Source of the DNA: Parasitella parasitica NRRL 2501
Lineage: Eukaryota; Fungi; Mucoromycota
Reading direction: 5' to 3'
Assembly: GCA_025201805.1 (NCBI GenBank)
Contig: MU619376.1
Span: forward strand, 12,107-76,106
DNA length: 64,000 bases
The notes beneath the pieces are model-generated. The model made no database searches and was not told the origin of the DNA. It was given only the letters and a program-made list of their open reading frames with translations. The position numbers were made by a program, and so were the translations under genes. This document shows, one piece after another, positions 48,361 to 62,689 of this stretch. How positions within the stretch are numbered: position 1 is the stretch's first letter; each line of letters starts with the position of its first letter.

Positions 48361-51300
48361 CTATCTGTATCATCCACTTCAAATAATCCAAATGCTTGCT
48401 CATATACACGATTCGTGGGAAGAGACACGATTTTGCAGAGGTTAGTATTTTAATAGTAATACGGATTCCCTTTACCGATGATATTCTCCAGGTTAAGGCT
48501 CACTCGCTTTTGGTAACAAGATTCTCAATAGTTGAGGCAAAAGGTCGCCGGTTTCAAGAATACGCTCCTTCGACCCACTCATGGCTTTAATTCAAAGACT
48601 ATCGCCAATGGTAATGGCAATACAATACAGGAAGTATCTATATTTCGCTGCTTCACTTTTAAGGGCAAACACGATTTACACACAGGCTTATCGCCTCTGC
48701 GACCGGCTTCTATCATGCTGAAGGGCTTTGTAAGGCATGGTGGGAGCTTTTTATCGTGAACAGTCTCCGTAGACTTGGAAGCTACTCTTGCTTTGACACA
48801 ACTAAATGCAAAAAGAGTTGACTCGTTTGCTTGCAAACAAGGTGTCTATTGAGATTTGGTTTGTCTCATTAGCATTCATGTCTAGATTTTACATCCATGA
48901 TAAAGAATACTTTTACTAATCTACTTAAGGGTGGACAGCAAATGTTCACTATGCAAGGGACTCTCTAAAGGCCAGGATATTACGGTTCAAGGCCATCCAT
49001 GGTACTAAATGCGTCTCGATAAGGTTGTCACTGGAGGTCAAGGCTCTTGTACAAAGGAATTTGAGGATTGTCTAAATAACTTGATCAACCCGATTAATCA
49101 TTCTAATCAACTTGAATACCTTTTACAAATAATTTGATTATCCTTTGCAAATAACCCCAATTTTTATTTTAAACAACTCGAAATAACTTGTGTGTTCATT
49201 CCAAAACTGTGATGATGGTTTATGATTACAATTGCTCAACTTTCAAAATGGATCTCATTGCACCAGCCACATACAGAATGATCAAGCTAAAATCATTCTT
49301 TATCCCTCGAAGCCTCTATGATCTCTCTACTCTGCACACTGCCACAGCCTCCTTGAAGCAAGTCAATCTTTAGGTCAAGAAACAAGTCGCCTTGATGAAT
49401 GATGCCACCAGAAACCGTATCAGTGACTCCCTAGAGTGGTTGCGTTTACCTGTGATCATGAAATCATAAATAAGCCATTGCTTCTTTTTACACCAACATC
49501 CATACCCTCCACATGTAAGCATCATTCTCTTACGACATTTCTCACATCACATATATGTGGTCGCTATTGCTCAAAGTGAGCATTGCTTGTCTTTTTTCTT
49601 TTTTCTTTTAGCTCTCTTTATACCGTGTTCTATTTCACATATATGTTAACCCCATAGTACAATACAACATATTTCTTTTAATAAATTATTAGTCTAGTGA
49701 ATTATTGCTAATACAGTCCACAAAAGAGCTCTATCTTTTTCTTGATGAGAGCGGCAGTGTTCACAGTCAAAGGATTGAATGGATGCAGCAGTCCAACGAG
49801 CGTGGCAGATACGGTCGCATAGTTGGAGATTCGAAGGTGGCAACAAAAGAGATGATGTTACGTGTCCATGAAGCCAAAGAGCGTCCGGTGGCAAGATCAA
49901 GACCACAAAAGGCTCCTTTTTTTTTTGCCTGAATGGCAATGCCAAACGCCTTGGAAGCGGCATGTCGTAATCAAGTCTCGTTAGCTGGTCTCGCCAGCAT
50001 TTTCTTTGACTTTCTGCTGTATGCTTTTGTTGCTGCTACGACACAAATATGTGGTAGTGTCCCTTGTTTTGACGAGCATCCAAAGCGCACCAAGCTAGAT
50101 ACATTCAACAGTTAGCCCTCTCGTTTTTGTATCAAAAACAGAAATGCACTCAAGGATGGATAATGTATAAAAAAGCTACTCATTGTCAGCATCACAATGC
50201 TGATCGACGTAAATCGTGTCGGTAGAAGCTGAATCTACACTTGAAAACGCTTTTCTTTCCAAATCATTCGACCAAAAATAAAAATAATAAACTAGCTGCT
50301 AGCATACGAGCCCGAAAATTTGTCGACTGGGTCTTCTTCTTTTCAGGCAAGGTTCTTAACATGCATCTTTAGGACATTATTAAAATTACATAAACCTTAG
50401 TTGTTGGTCACAACTACATTAATCGATTGACTGGTATCGTGTTATTTGGCGGATGAGTGAAAAGAAGAATGTCTCTCGCTCACTCTGAGGACATAGCCTT
50501 CCCTTAATATTAGAAAACACTTATCGTCCAGCAGATGAACAGAATTGATTTATTTTGTAAGATTTAACATTGCATTATTTGGGTAAGCCCGCTTAAATTA
50601 TCACCGTAGTGAAACGAAGGTCAACATAGTTTTGGAGGGGGGGGGGGCGGATTACAGCTCGTAAAACTTTAAATGTGGAGCAATACGGTCCCATCGTTAG
50701 ATAGCAGCCCAATTTTAGAACAACATTCTGGTGGTGATGATGTGGCATTATCAAACATTTTTTCCTCAAATTTCACTTCTCTACTCCAACTCGTAGATCA
50801 TGGTTGTATTACTAGCTCCTATGGCGTCTGTGGCCCTTTGACCACGTTTTCCGAGTCAATGGGTGTGCAGTGTTCTTCCGTTCATCGGCGATGCGTAATG
50901 TGGCGTGTTGCTCAGGCTTGGAACAACTACAATGTTTCGTATTGCTTGAAATGCTTTCTGAATTATTTTAGCTATTACTCACAGTGTTTCTCATTTTAGA
51001 ATCTTCCTGATCAAATCACGCCTTGGGATGTACTGCGTAGTTTCCAACCGTACTTGAAGGTGAAGAACGAGAGCCTACAGTATGTTCGAAACGTTTTATC
51101 AAGATTGCAGTTTAAGATAAACAATATGTATTAGACTAATAGAAGGCTCTGGGATGCAGTGGAATTTTGAATGTGCACGGAGCTCAAGATGCTGGTTATC
51201 GCATGTACCAACGAAACAATTCCAGCTATAACGACCATATTCTCAGCACACAACTAGTATATATATATGGCTTTTTATTTTATATTCAATGTATACCTTT

Positions 51301-51901
51301 TGATAATAGCTCTTTTTATTTCTTTCATATACCTCAATTCTTTTAAAATCAATTTAATAAATAGGATAATACATCCGTTGGCACAATAGCATCATACAGT
51401 TCAGGGCCATTTGTGTGCTTTCATTTATTGGGGTAGTACCTGACATGTTTGTTTGAAATAATGACAATTTAATACAAATTTTCTTACTTTATATATATCT
51501 CAGATCAACTTATGGCTAAAACAGGAGCAATTTATGCGATTCACCAATCATTTGATCATTTATATGCCAAAAACGATATACTTTATTTTATATATACTTC
51601 AGAGAGTTTTCAAACAGTCAAACCGACAACATAAAGCTTCCATTGCTTCTTCATAATCAAAGGGGATTTTCCCAATCAATTCGGGCAGTTCTGTATTCTT
51701 AGCTAATTTTACATATCTATATCCTGTGGAGATATTCACTTGACAGGCAATGCTAGATTCTTTTACGGTCTTTCTACCAATAAAGTAACTGTGTAAAAGT
51801 TTTAATATCTGGTCTTTGCCGTAGTGTTGGTGCTATCGTGTGTATTCATGCAAGAACTCGTTTTTTGATCTGACAGTTTTGTGCGACCAAATTTGGTAAT
51901 C

Positions 51902-51961
51902 GTTGATATTTTTGTGTTTCCGCAGTTGATATTTTTGTGTTTCTGCAGTTGGTATTTTTGT
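51902..51961. repeat. 23-bp tandem repeat (GTTGATATTTTTGTGTTTCYGCA) x ~2.6
   Basis: Directly visible, upstream of the transposase-derived ORF. Confidence 0.85.
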
Positions 51962-52316
51962 AGTTTGTTGCTTAGTGATTAATTGAGACTTTCAACTTTT
52001 TTTAGTTTGTTGCCACATTGATTACTGTAAAATTGGGTAATCAATTGAGAGTGTAGTGCTTTTGTGTTTCGGCACTAATGCAGCTACTACTCATTTTTAT
52101 AGTTTGTCGCCACATTGATAACTACACAGTTTAGTATCAAATTGGGACGTTTGTATTTTTTGAAGTTGGCACTTGTCCTAGTTTCATGGATCAAGCTACG
52201 GGCCTTTGTTCCAAAAAAGAAAGACAACAGATCAGAAATTTTTTCGTATATAAGTGAGCTGTTTTTTTTTTTTGAAATGTTCAAATCAATTAAAACTTAT
52301 TCTACAATCCAAACAA

Positions 52317-53564
52317 TGAACAGCCAAGTCTCTTCTCAAACTCTTTTCTCAAATTTACCTGCTCAAAACATCAGTTCTAGTGAATTTTCTAAATTTACGG
52401 GAATGGGCCGTTTCGTTCAGGAAGCCGCTAATGGTCACTTTGATATGTACAACAATTCTTCAGAATTGATAAATCTTCTGGGCCAAACTACTGCTGCTGC
52501 CACTGCCACTGAAAAGCCTGCCTCTGAAAAGCCTGCTACTCAGGAGAATCAGCCGACACCTGTCGTAGAATTTGGCATTCAAGTCTTGTTTCCTTCCTCG
52601 ACCAAAAAACGGGTTTACACAAGAGAGCAAGTTAAGGAGCTACTTTTTTTGGTTTTCGAGTCAAAGATGACAGCAAGTAAAGCTAGCGCCTTCTGCGGTA
52701 TTAACTCCAGCACTGCCTATGGATACATCAAGCAGGTTAAAGACCAAATGGCGACGAACAAGACGTTTGTGGAATTTTATGCGCCAGCAAAAGCAAAAAC
52801 GGCAGCAACCCCCGCAGCAGCTACAACAACAGCAAAGACTGGCAACAGAAAATTGTTCGATATTCACTTCCAGTTCCTAGCACAGCTTTCCCAGAATGAT
52901 GAATTCGCAACCTTGGTCTCAGCAAGACGAGAACTGATCGAAAAATTCCCAGGATTGCAAGTCTCAACCTCTTGCATCCATTCAAACCTTCGTCAAAATT
53001 GTGCTTTGGTGGTAAAGGCTTCTTTCGATCCTAGCTCCGTAGTGAAGCTGGCCAGCTCTATGATGTTCGAAGAAGAGGTGCTGGTTGGAATGACATTTTT
53101 CACAATGTACTTGCATAGCGCTTTTGGCTGGCCAAAAGGCTCCGTAAATGTTGGTGAGCCTGCTTCTGCTCGTCTGAGTGGAATTCGAGTTCCTGTGCTG
53201 GCGGCAATAACCTCTACAGGTGTCCAAAGGTTGTCCGTGGTGTCTCCTGTTGCTGTTGCCAAGGAAGGGGCAACCGATAGAAAGTAGCATTATAAGCATT
53301 TTAGACCATTCCTAAAAAAAAGTAACTGCCGGTTTTGGAGAAGGAGTTGACCATACCTTGATGATTGAAGAAAAATGGCCGGTAAGCAACAAGAGTACAA
53401 GATTTGGTGCAGTCAAAGGGCTACAAATGTGTTTACCGGCCCACAACATTTCTCGGTTCGTTTTTCACCAGCTGCAGATGGAGATGACAAGGCATCAGCT
53501 GACAGAGGATGATCCCCTTCTACCAAGGATTGCAGAAGCAGCCAAGAAAATCAAGTGGACTTGA
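52317..53564 (+). CDS. Tc1-transposase-derived protein: HTH regions retained, DDE catalytic domain eroded; C-terminal part separated by a stop
   Basis: 'YTREQVKELL...ASKASAFCGINSSTAYGYIK' and 'TLVSARRELIEKFPGLQVSTSCIH' HTHs. 'VLAAITSTGV' and 'DDPLLPRIAEAAKKI' align to 'ILGAISSAGI' and 'NDTLTPRIKEAGKTV' of the Tc1 at 43761-44420. Confidence 0.6.
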
Positions 53565-53720
53565 TTTTGCTTCTCCATCTTTTTTTTTTTTTTTTTTTTT
53601 TTNNNNNNNNNNTATGCATTTTGATGTCAGAGCTTAGATTATGCGATAGTGAAGTATTCAAGCATTACTGAAGAATTAAAACATTACAGGTATACAATTC
53701 AAAATGTTCAGTTTATTTTA

Positions 53721-54090
53721 TTATTCATAACTTCGATGAGAAAAAATGCGTCTGCGGTACCACCTACTGCACTTGTGCTCGGAATTCATGTTGATGGTTA
53801 CATTGTCATTTCTTTTTTTCATGGCTTTTCTCACCTTCCTGATGTATCCTGTACCTGTACTTGGATTGATTCTACAGATAACGCTAGCCCAGTTTGCAGG
53901 AACTTTCTTGATTAGACATAAATACAACAGTTTTCTGGTTTGCTGGACGTGATATTTTCTGTAACAATTGCCATTGCCATAGATGATTTTTAAAGAGTTT
54001 TGAATGGTGATGGCTTCACCAGTGTTGATGCAGAAACATTTGAAAGACATGTGAATTGTGTCAAGAAAAAAATGAATTGCTTGCTTCATG
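53721..54090 (-). pseudogene. Transposase-like HTH remnant or small HTH protein
   Basis: 'YHVQQTRKLLYLCLIKKVPANWASVICRINPSTGTGYIRKV' parallels the HTH at ~52610-52745. Confidence 0.45.
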
Positions 54091-54463
54091 TTTTGAGAGA
54101 TAGTAGTTATTGAAGTAAAATCATATATAGTCAACCTCTATTTATATTTCGATCTGTCAAACGCTTTTTTAAAAATATCTTTTCAAGAAAGCGAATTCAT
54201 GTCAAAAACAGAAATCGAAGATGTGCAAATCCACATATAAAAATAAGGCGTTGTTAAAAATCTTCCTGTGAGAGATACCATCGAAATGAAATCATGGTAT
54301 CCATTTCAAGAGAAATCATTGCAAAGACTTGGTCGAACAACTATTATTTATTAACTTAAATAAAAAAAAAATCAATATATCTATCGTATTTAGCATATAA
54401 TATAGCTGTTGTGCAAGTAGGATCAAGTATATACATGGAAGGAGGGAGGGGTATTTCTAACTT

Positions 54464-56361
54464 TTAAAGTTTTTTGAGCGCATCAGACTTGACAAGAGCT
54501 GTCTCTTCAACAACAGTGTTTGTATCCTCTTCATCTGTGCTGGTGTCTGTATTAGTGGCGTTTATGGTCTTGGTATCGTCGTTGGTAGTCGTAGTAGTAG
54601 GTGCGGATTTATGATTTTTGGCATGATTGTGTTCCACAGCTTGTTCGCGGTCTCTTGCAACAGTCGCCAAAAATGCAGGCACGGCGTCCAACAAATAAGT
54701 GTAATCTACAGATTTCTTTTTGTCTTCATCTACATCGAAATCCTCATGGTCCATCATGTTCATTATAAAGAAATTTTGAAGCTCTGCAGGAGTAACTTGC
54801 AAATCAGGTATCATATCAGTGAACTTTTGAGCAAGATCGTTGAGTTCTTGGGAGTAAATCGTCTTGGACTTCTTCTTTTCAGCATCATCTGCATCTGCGT
54901 CGTTTTCATCAATAGGCTCGATGTCATCCTCGCCCATAAAACGCCAGAACATCTTGTTGATTTGAGTCTTATCTGCATAGCCCAACTCCATCTTCATATC
55001 AATACGGCCGGGTCTTAGTAAAGCAGGTTGAAGGCGGTTGACATCATTACAAGTCATAAAGACCATGGAGCCTTCTTGAGCCACAACACCATCTAAAGCA
55101 TTCAATAACCCGCTCATGGAGATTTTGGCATTGCTTGTATCGTTGTCAGAGTTGGGATCCTTGATGACACAGTGATCGATATCCTCCATGACCAAAATGC
55201 TGTTGCGAGGCACCTCTTGCAAAAGGACGTTGAAATTCTCATCATCCATGTTGCCAGAAAGACTTATAATAGCAACATTCATATTGACTTTACTAGCGAC
55301 AGATTGCACAAGAGAAGTCTTGCCAGTACCAGGAGGGCCATAGAGTAGATAACCTCGACGGTAAGGAATACCTCGGATTGAATACCAATGTTCACGGCGA
55401 CGGAATGTTTGGATATCTTTCAGAATGTGTTCCTTTTGGCCTTCTTTCAAAATGACGGATTCAAATGATCGAAGTTCCTTGGATCCAACTGTTCTCCATT
55501 CAAATCCTTCATAACGAGTAGGAACGCATTTGTAGATGGTCAACTTTCCGTATTCCTTCTCAAAGTGTGTATCAATCCATTCTTGTATAAATCCCTTTAA
55601 AAGGCTCATATCTTGGCCTCTCATGGTGATTTGGATGCAGGGATTGCTGTTCATCATTCCAAGTAGGTCTTTGATGTTGTTGCTATAGTAGTTTTCATTG
55701 TTATTGCCCACACCACCATTTTTCTTCTTGGTGACCCAAAGAGTGTGATTCTTGTAGGTGATTTTGTGCTCAATTTCATCCACTATTCGTAAACGCATTA
55801 ATTGCTGCTCAGCTCAATATTCTCAAAAAAAACAACTTACAAGGATAGAGATGAAGTTTAGGAGGAGGACTAGGTCTTTGCATGTCACTATCATCAGAAT
55901 CGTCGTGGATACATCTGCCTTCAACATCGCGCAGGTCACGAATGTGTGCAGTTTTTGTCGCAACAAATTGCTGAATGGCATCATATCCAGTTTCGTTTTT
56001 ACCAATTTGGATAGAGACATACATTCTTTCTTTTATATAGTTGACAAGGTAATAGAATAAACTATGAAGCTGATACCCCACAATAGCTAAACAGGTGAGA
56101 CGTATTAGCATATATACTTTCTCTATAGATAAAAGACTTACGTGCAAGATATACAATGAAACCCAAAAAGACAACATCACTGCCAAAGTAGCGCTTCAAT
56201 AGATTCAAAACTCGGTCGCCAAACAAAGCATTCCAGAATGCTTCATCAGAGACCTTTTCAAGCAAACATAGGATGCGATCCAACAATGAGTTTAGCCGGC
56301 CTGGTCCTATTACTGGCGAAGTAGATGCTGCTATTCCTCTAGTGAGTTGAGTAGATGGCAT
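54464..56361 (-). CDS. BCS1-like AAA+ ATPase
   Basis: 'GIPYRRGYLLYGPPGTGKTS' (Walker A), 'VMEDID' (Walker B), 'SGLLNALDGV', 'ALLRPGRID', 'TPAELQ'; N-terminal TM/BCS1_N exons. Confidence 0.9.
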
Positions 56362-57071
56362 ACTAATTTACAAGATGCGGTCAAAGAGCGTAGTCGTATA
56401 AATATAAAGTAAAGAAAGTAAGATTCCAATTTTTTTCTCCTCTTATATGTTAAAGAAACGGCGCAGTAACAAGTATATGTTTAGCGCATTAATACTAAAC
56501 TGCTGCTTACTGCTGCTGCGAGATTTGAAGTCTAATTTTAGCATCGTACCTTTCCTTTTTGTCAGTTGTTGCCATCAGTATATGTAGCGTCCGGAATTAC
56601 TTTTTTAGAATAACATTTGCTGAACTGATTTTCGCAGGCTCAAGTTCCAAGTAACTTAATAGGTTTGGAGCAGATTTTGGCTCAAGCAGACGACGCAGTA
56701 AACAGGTATGATACAATCAGACAGCTTCCTATTTTACAGAGGCACTCCCACCCAAGATTTTGTTTGTGTCCCAAAAGTGATCAAGTTGCAAGCCACAAAA
56801 TCAGGGACATGAGGTCGGTATGAATCATCCTGAAAGGCTTGCCGTCAATTCAACAAGAATCTAAATGAAATTTCGTTGATAAAACTTATTCAAGACGCCA
56901 TTCACTTGGTATAAATATCTGCCATAGAATTTTTTCAAGTACAAATTTAGCTTGTGGATGCATTTGTCTGACCTTTCTCATTCTTCTTGCGCGCCAATTT
57001 AATGCCAGCTTACTACAAAACGTTTTGTTTGATTATATCTCTTTGTCCTGACTAAACCTATAGAAAGAATA

Positions 57072-57774
57072 ATGTCTACGGGGTAAAATGCTAATCAGTA
57101 AATAATAAAAATATTTTATTGACTCTAGAGGCAGAAAACGTGATTTAGAAGATCTATCAGACGATGAAGCTCTCTTTCAAGAGCTTGAAAACGAACGAGA
57201 TGATGAGGAGTCTTATATTATTCGCGAAAGAAGAATCAAAGAAATTCAAGAAGAGTAATAGTTAAAGTTACTTTTGATAAATACCGTATATCTTAATATT
57301 GTGCGTAGAATTCAAAGGCGAAATACTAGAGCAGAAAACCAACATGGACTTTACACAGATATCACAAAAGAAAAGGAATTTATGGAAATTACTACTTCAG
57401 ATAAATATGTTGTTGGTCATTTTTACCACAAGGATTTTAGAAGGTGTAAGATCATGGACACGCACTTGGAGACCCTCGCCCAAAAGTACTATGATACCAG
57501 GTTTATAAAGATTGATGTGCAAAACGCACCATTTTTAGTAGAGAAATTGCAAATCAAAATGCTGCCATGCGTCATGGCATGGGTTGATGGATTTGCGCAA
57601 ACAAAAATTGTCGGCTTTGATGAACTTGGTAGTACCGATAGTTTCCAAACAGCTGCATTAGAATTGAAGTTACTTCACGCTAAAGTCATTAGGAAGAAGG
57701 AGAAAACCTTAGCACAAGAAAAGAGATCAATATTCCAATCTATTGATACTGATTCAGAGTTAGAAGATGATTAA
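57072..57774 (+). CDS. PLP1: Phosducin-like / thioredoxin domain-containing protein (Plp1/TXNDC9)
   Basis: 'HGLYTDI..EKEF', 'VVGHFYHKDFRRCKIMDTHL', 'APFLVEKLQIKMLPC', 'VGFDELG'. Confidence 0.88.
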
Positions 57775-57804
57775 TGTAGGGTATCTTTTATATGAAATAA
57801 ATGA

Positions 57805-59594
57805 TCAAGATCTATCTAGACTATGCTCTTCATCTTGTAGCTCGTCTAGCTGATGTTGCGATTCTGCTCCTTTTTCATTCTCGTCTTCTGATTGTTGCAT
57901 TTTCTTAATGGCTTCTGTGCGCAGCATACGACCTCTGAATGCAAAGCAGAGCAGCATCATTAATCCAGCAAGTGCGGCTTGCAATATCAATGCTCGGTAC
58001 ATGTTGTCTTTGGGCGTTCCGTTCGAATCTCTCAATAAGTCCATGACCAAGACAATCAAGAATCCAAATGTCTGGCACCCTTGCCACATGATTGAGTTTG
58101 TTGTAGCATCAGCGACAGGGAAAGAAGCTATAGAGTGTGTGTTAGCTCATCGCATACGCGCTGGAACGGAGATCGGCATGGCAGCTTACTCTCACTACTC
58201 AATTCAATTACGACCGGCACAAGAAATGATAAAAAAAACTGATTCATAGACAACACGAATAAGATGGCAGCATAAGAATTCTGTTTTACTGAAGAGACAC
58301 CGTTACTATATATATATACATGTACATATACATTTGGTAGCAGACTTACCAATAAAGATGAATCCAATGTCCGTAACAAATACCATGGGAGCCATCAACC
58401 TCAAAAACAGTTTATGCTGCTTTGTTGTATCAAGGACAGGTCCTGCTATGGCTATTTTTATATAATTAATATATCTGAACACGACAGCAACGATTTGATA
58501 ACTTACAACAACCTAATGTACCAGCAAAAAAGGCGACTGCATTCATTTGGCCTGCCTGAGCATCGGTGTACCCGTAAGGTGAAATTACTTGGGTGAAAAT
58601 GGAGCCAAATGCAATACTCAAACCAACATTGAAGCCGTGTACTAGAAAGAGAATCCAAAAATTATAGTTCTTTGATAGCATGCGAATACCAACAAAGAAG
58701 GAAGGAGTAATACCTTCCGATGCTGCCCTAGAAGGCGGCGTTGGTGGTTTAGATGGCATGACAAAGATTGGAATCAATGCTGCCACTGCAATGCCTGATA
58801 CAATGTGGACTACCATTGGAATTTTATCAAGGCCACTGGCCAGATTAGGGATCAAGAACATGCCCAAGATTGCACCGTAATTAGAGGCTATAAAATCGCA
58901 GTATAGTGAGTATCCTTATGCCTGTAGATAACCTTATACTTACCGACAAACATGCCAGCTGTTGCTCGCATATTTTCGGTAAACCAAGTCGCGGCAAACT
59001 AAAGCCAAGTATTTAATGTCAATGAGCTGCAATATATTGATATGAAGTCTTACTGTAGTCATAATATTCAGTGCTAGGGGAGCAGACGATGAGCCTATAA
59101 TTTGACCTAGCATGGTAATGATGAAAGATGGGGGATTTAATTTGACTGCAACCGAACGTATAGCAGATCCAGTTGCATTTAATACAGCAGCTAAAATGAG
59201 CTATACATATGTAAAAGAAATGAGAAATAGCATCATAGATCAGATGAGGACTTACAGATCGCTTGACACCTAATCTTTGGAAAATCCAACCAGTAAAAAA
59301 ACTCATGAATACATACATGACACCTTGAACATTTGCTAGCCAATTGACAGCTGTAAGGGACACATTGAACATTTCACCGGTGAGTGTTGGCACAACACTG
59401 AATGTGAATTGGAATACAGAAATGGCAGTTCTCAGAATGACAAGAAATAGTAGGGCGATCCATGCTTGAGGATATGTTTTTAATGGATATGCGAATGGAT
59501 CTACAACTGTTGACCGTCCTGATTCAGATGAAGTATCATCATCTACAACGATATCTTTTTTGCCACCGCGAAGTCTGTCTTTAATGAAATTCAT
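57805..59594 (-). CDS. Major facilitator superfamily transporter (FLVCR/SLC49-like); multi-exon
   Basis: Multiple TM segments; 'VNWLA', 'WFTENMRATA', 'SKPPTPPSRAA' motifs typical of FLVCR-like MFS proteins. Confidence 0.8.
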
Positions 59595-59956
59595 GTTGAT
59601 GTGTGGATATGCGTGTAAAGAGAAAGAAGAGCTTGCGCTTTTATATACAAGTGCATAATTCTATGATACCCCACATTTTCACTAAATTGTGCATACAATA
59701 ATACGGATAGATTCCCGGGCTACATAGGAGACAAGAATTACGATGACTACCAATAGGAGAAACTTTTGATCTAGAATAAATCATGCTTGGTGCATGGAAT
59801 TAAGTTTAGAAAGCAACCATCATATCATAATTGTATGCATTTAATTATAATGTATGCCATAAAGGAGTATATATATGGCTATTTTATCAAAGTAAAGGCC
59901 ACATTCTCAATATCCGTCAAGAAACCCGTTAACATCATTAAACTGTACAACGATAT

Positions 59957-61495
59957 TTAATTTGCCTTGACTTTGGAGGCAGTACTATTGCCCCCACCCC
60001 AGGTGGATAACCACACTGCACTGAACACGAGGAACCCAATAATCATAGACGCTGTAGATGCATAGTAAGGGTATGCAGCCGTTAGGAAGCGAGGATACTC
60101 ATTGTGTCTAAAGGGTCTGATAGAAACTTGATCTTCAGCTAAAACATAACCAAGACCTGCACGTTTGTAATTGACCCGAAGTGTGAAAACGCCATAGACA
60201 TCTGGAAGCTTGATGTTGGCTTCAAACCTGCCATAGTCGGTGTCTGTAGGGACTTCTTTAAGGGTTGTACGAATATAAGGATCCAACATGATGATTTCCA
60301 ACTGAATATCGTTGGCATGGAATGGCACCCAATGATCGTCTCTGTATTCCGAAATATCAACATGATATGTCTATGATATGTTTGAATAAAATAGCGTAAA
60401 AAAATGCCAACGCAACTTACAATGTCATCCTTGACACGATACCAATCCAATTGTTCAGTCTCGTTCTGTTTGCTGTGTGAATGGCCAATCACCTTCAAAA
60501 CACTCTTTTCTTGGAAGGTCCATTGAGATAATTGCTTTGCAAATTCTTCATTACCGGATTTCTCAAAGCTGCAGCCGTGTTATATATAGAGCAACACAAT
60601 ATATTGTCAGATATACTTACAATTTATCAGATCCAATGCGGACGGGAGCAGTTAAATAATCATCAGAAAACACATCAATAGAACCAACAAAAGTTACACG
60701 GGCAGAATTAAGGGATTGTAGTGCACCTGCTAAAGTTACAGTGTCTAAAGCCTTTGTACTTTTGTCGTAACTCTCGGCAAGAAATGCATCTGATTCAGCG
60801 GCCATGATGGCAGTAGAAAGAGGGAGTTGTCCCACTCTTAATCCAGCACCCGAATAAAGAATAGGTGCATTGATTTGGGTCGCATCGATGATGGAAGAGG
60901 GCCCAACAAACTCGTTGGTAGCAATCTTGTCGTGTTTATCGACATAGTTGGTATGACCATATACGGCATCAGTGTCTAATTCGATATCAAATTCGGCTGC
61001 AAAGGCGTGCATGCTATCACTGGCATCAACACCAGAAACTGCAAGAATATTGCCACCCTTTTTAACAAAATCTATGAGTTGAATATTGTTTAAAGCAGGA
61101 TGTTGTCCGATTTCTATTCACATATTTAGTACATCAGGTAACAAATCCGCGGATAGCAATATTTACTTGGACTCTTGGGTGCGAAATGGATGATATGATT
61201 AAATAGAGACTCTCCGAAATACGTCAACGTGGTAGTAGGGTCCTGTGCTTCCTTAAACAAAAGCTGAAACTGACGGTCTATGGTAGAAGTCAATGACGCG
61301 AAAAATAGAGTGCATAGGATGCTTGCTGTTACCTTCCAATTGTTGCCAAAATTGCGAGTACGAATCTTTTTCGGCTAAAGAGTCCAAAAGAACTAAAACA
61401 CGACTACCTGTAGCTGATTTTGCATCAACCACAGTCGAGGATAACAGTGTCAAACCAGAAACAACAAGTGCTGCCAATGAGTATATTCCTCTCAT
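59957..61495 (-). CDS. WBP1: Oligosaccharyltransferase subunit Wbp1 / OST48
   Basis: Signal peptide, 'RVLVLLD', 'GGNILA', 'QSLNSARVTFVGS', 'MLDPYIR', 'LPDVYGVFTLRVNYKRAG', 'RPFRHNEYPRF', C-terminal TM plus KxKxx ER motif. Confidence 0.93.
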
Positions 61496-62689
61496 AATGT
61501 TTGTAATGTGTTGAAAAAGAATACAGCCATCCAATTTGGCGTTTAATTATTTGTCAAATAAAAAGCCGGCATGTGTTTCTGTTGATGATGCTCTGAGTGT
61601 TAAAAACCAAGCTGCTTCTTGTCATTAATATTTAAACAAAGCTCTCCATGCAACTACTTCTTTTTGTATTACCACTTGAAGGTGGTTAACATTAGTTGCC
61701 TATAATCAATCATTAAGTCTTGATGGAGAGTATCTTTTTTTCGGTGTTCAATAATCTCATTGACAAGTATTATATATAGCGGATCACTGAGAGTTTTAGA
61801 TTCAAAAGTATTTTATATAAGATGGCGAGCTTTTTCCAGTGTGTAGTTTTCAATGGATTGAGATCCAAGTCTGCAGCCATCATCTTTCACACCGTTTTGT
61901 TGTCAGCTTTCAGAGGTTACTGCATTTCTTTCCATTTTGATATCGTTACAGCTTCGGCAATCAGGTGCTATAGCTTAAATGAACAATACTTATATAAGGA
62001 TGAAGTGGGAACTTTGATACCCATACAGACAAAAACATCGCCTTCCTTTCTTTATATTACGATTATTTAGCAATAAGACAAAGAAGTTGGCTCTTGCTGC
62101 CGACAAAGGTGTATGTAACGTATAAATTGACTAAACGAGGCATATTGAACACGGCAAATAGCTTGGAAGAACTTTAATTTTGATCTTGGAAATTTCGCAG
62201 AACTTAAGATGTTGAATGTGTTGCGTGTAAGGTTGATTATATAGTAATTTACTGTAAAAAGCAGCTAGAATATAATGAATAAAATATGATAGATACAAGC
62301 CAACGAGGAATAGGATTGTCCTGTTGTGCCCAAGACAATCCCTGTTGCCTTCGCTTCGGTCTCCGAAGTGGTACAGGCTTTCCAGCCACGCTTTATTTTC
62401 ATTTTGAAAATGGGTCGAGACACTAATTTGAAAATGGGGCACTCATAAAAAGTGTGGTATTGGGACAATTAATAGTTCTGATCATAAGATATAAAATGAA
62501 AAAAGATGAAGAATGCCTCTAAACCGGATGAAGTTACTTTCTGTTGTTAGATTAAGTATATGTGGCTAAAAACAACCAGCAAAACACCAAGTTTATTGCA
62601 ATATATATTAAAAATAAAATCCGGACAGGTACCTTACTCTCTCTTTTTTCTTAGATCAATATGCAACATCTTTGTTTCATTTTACACAA

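Noticed and set aside
48500-51250. Scattered short ORFs in the gene-poor interval
   Set aside because: No motif I can assign; likely degraded repeats or pseudogene debris.
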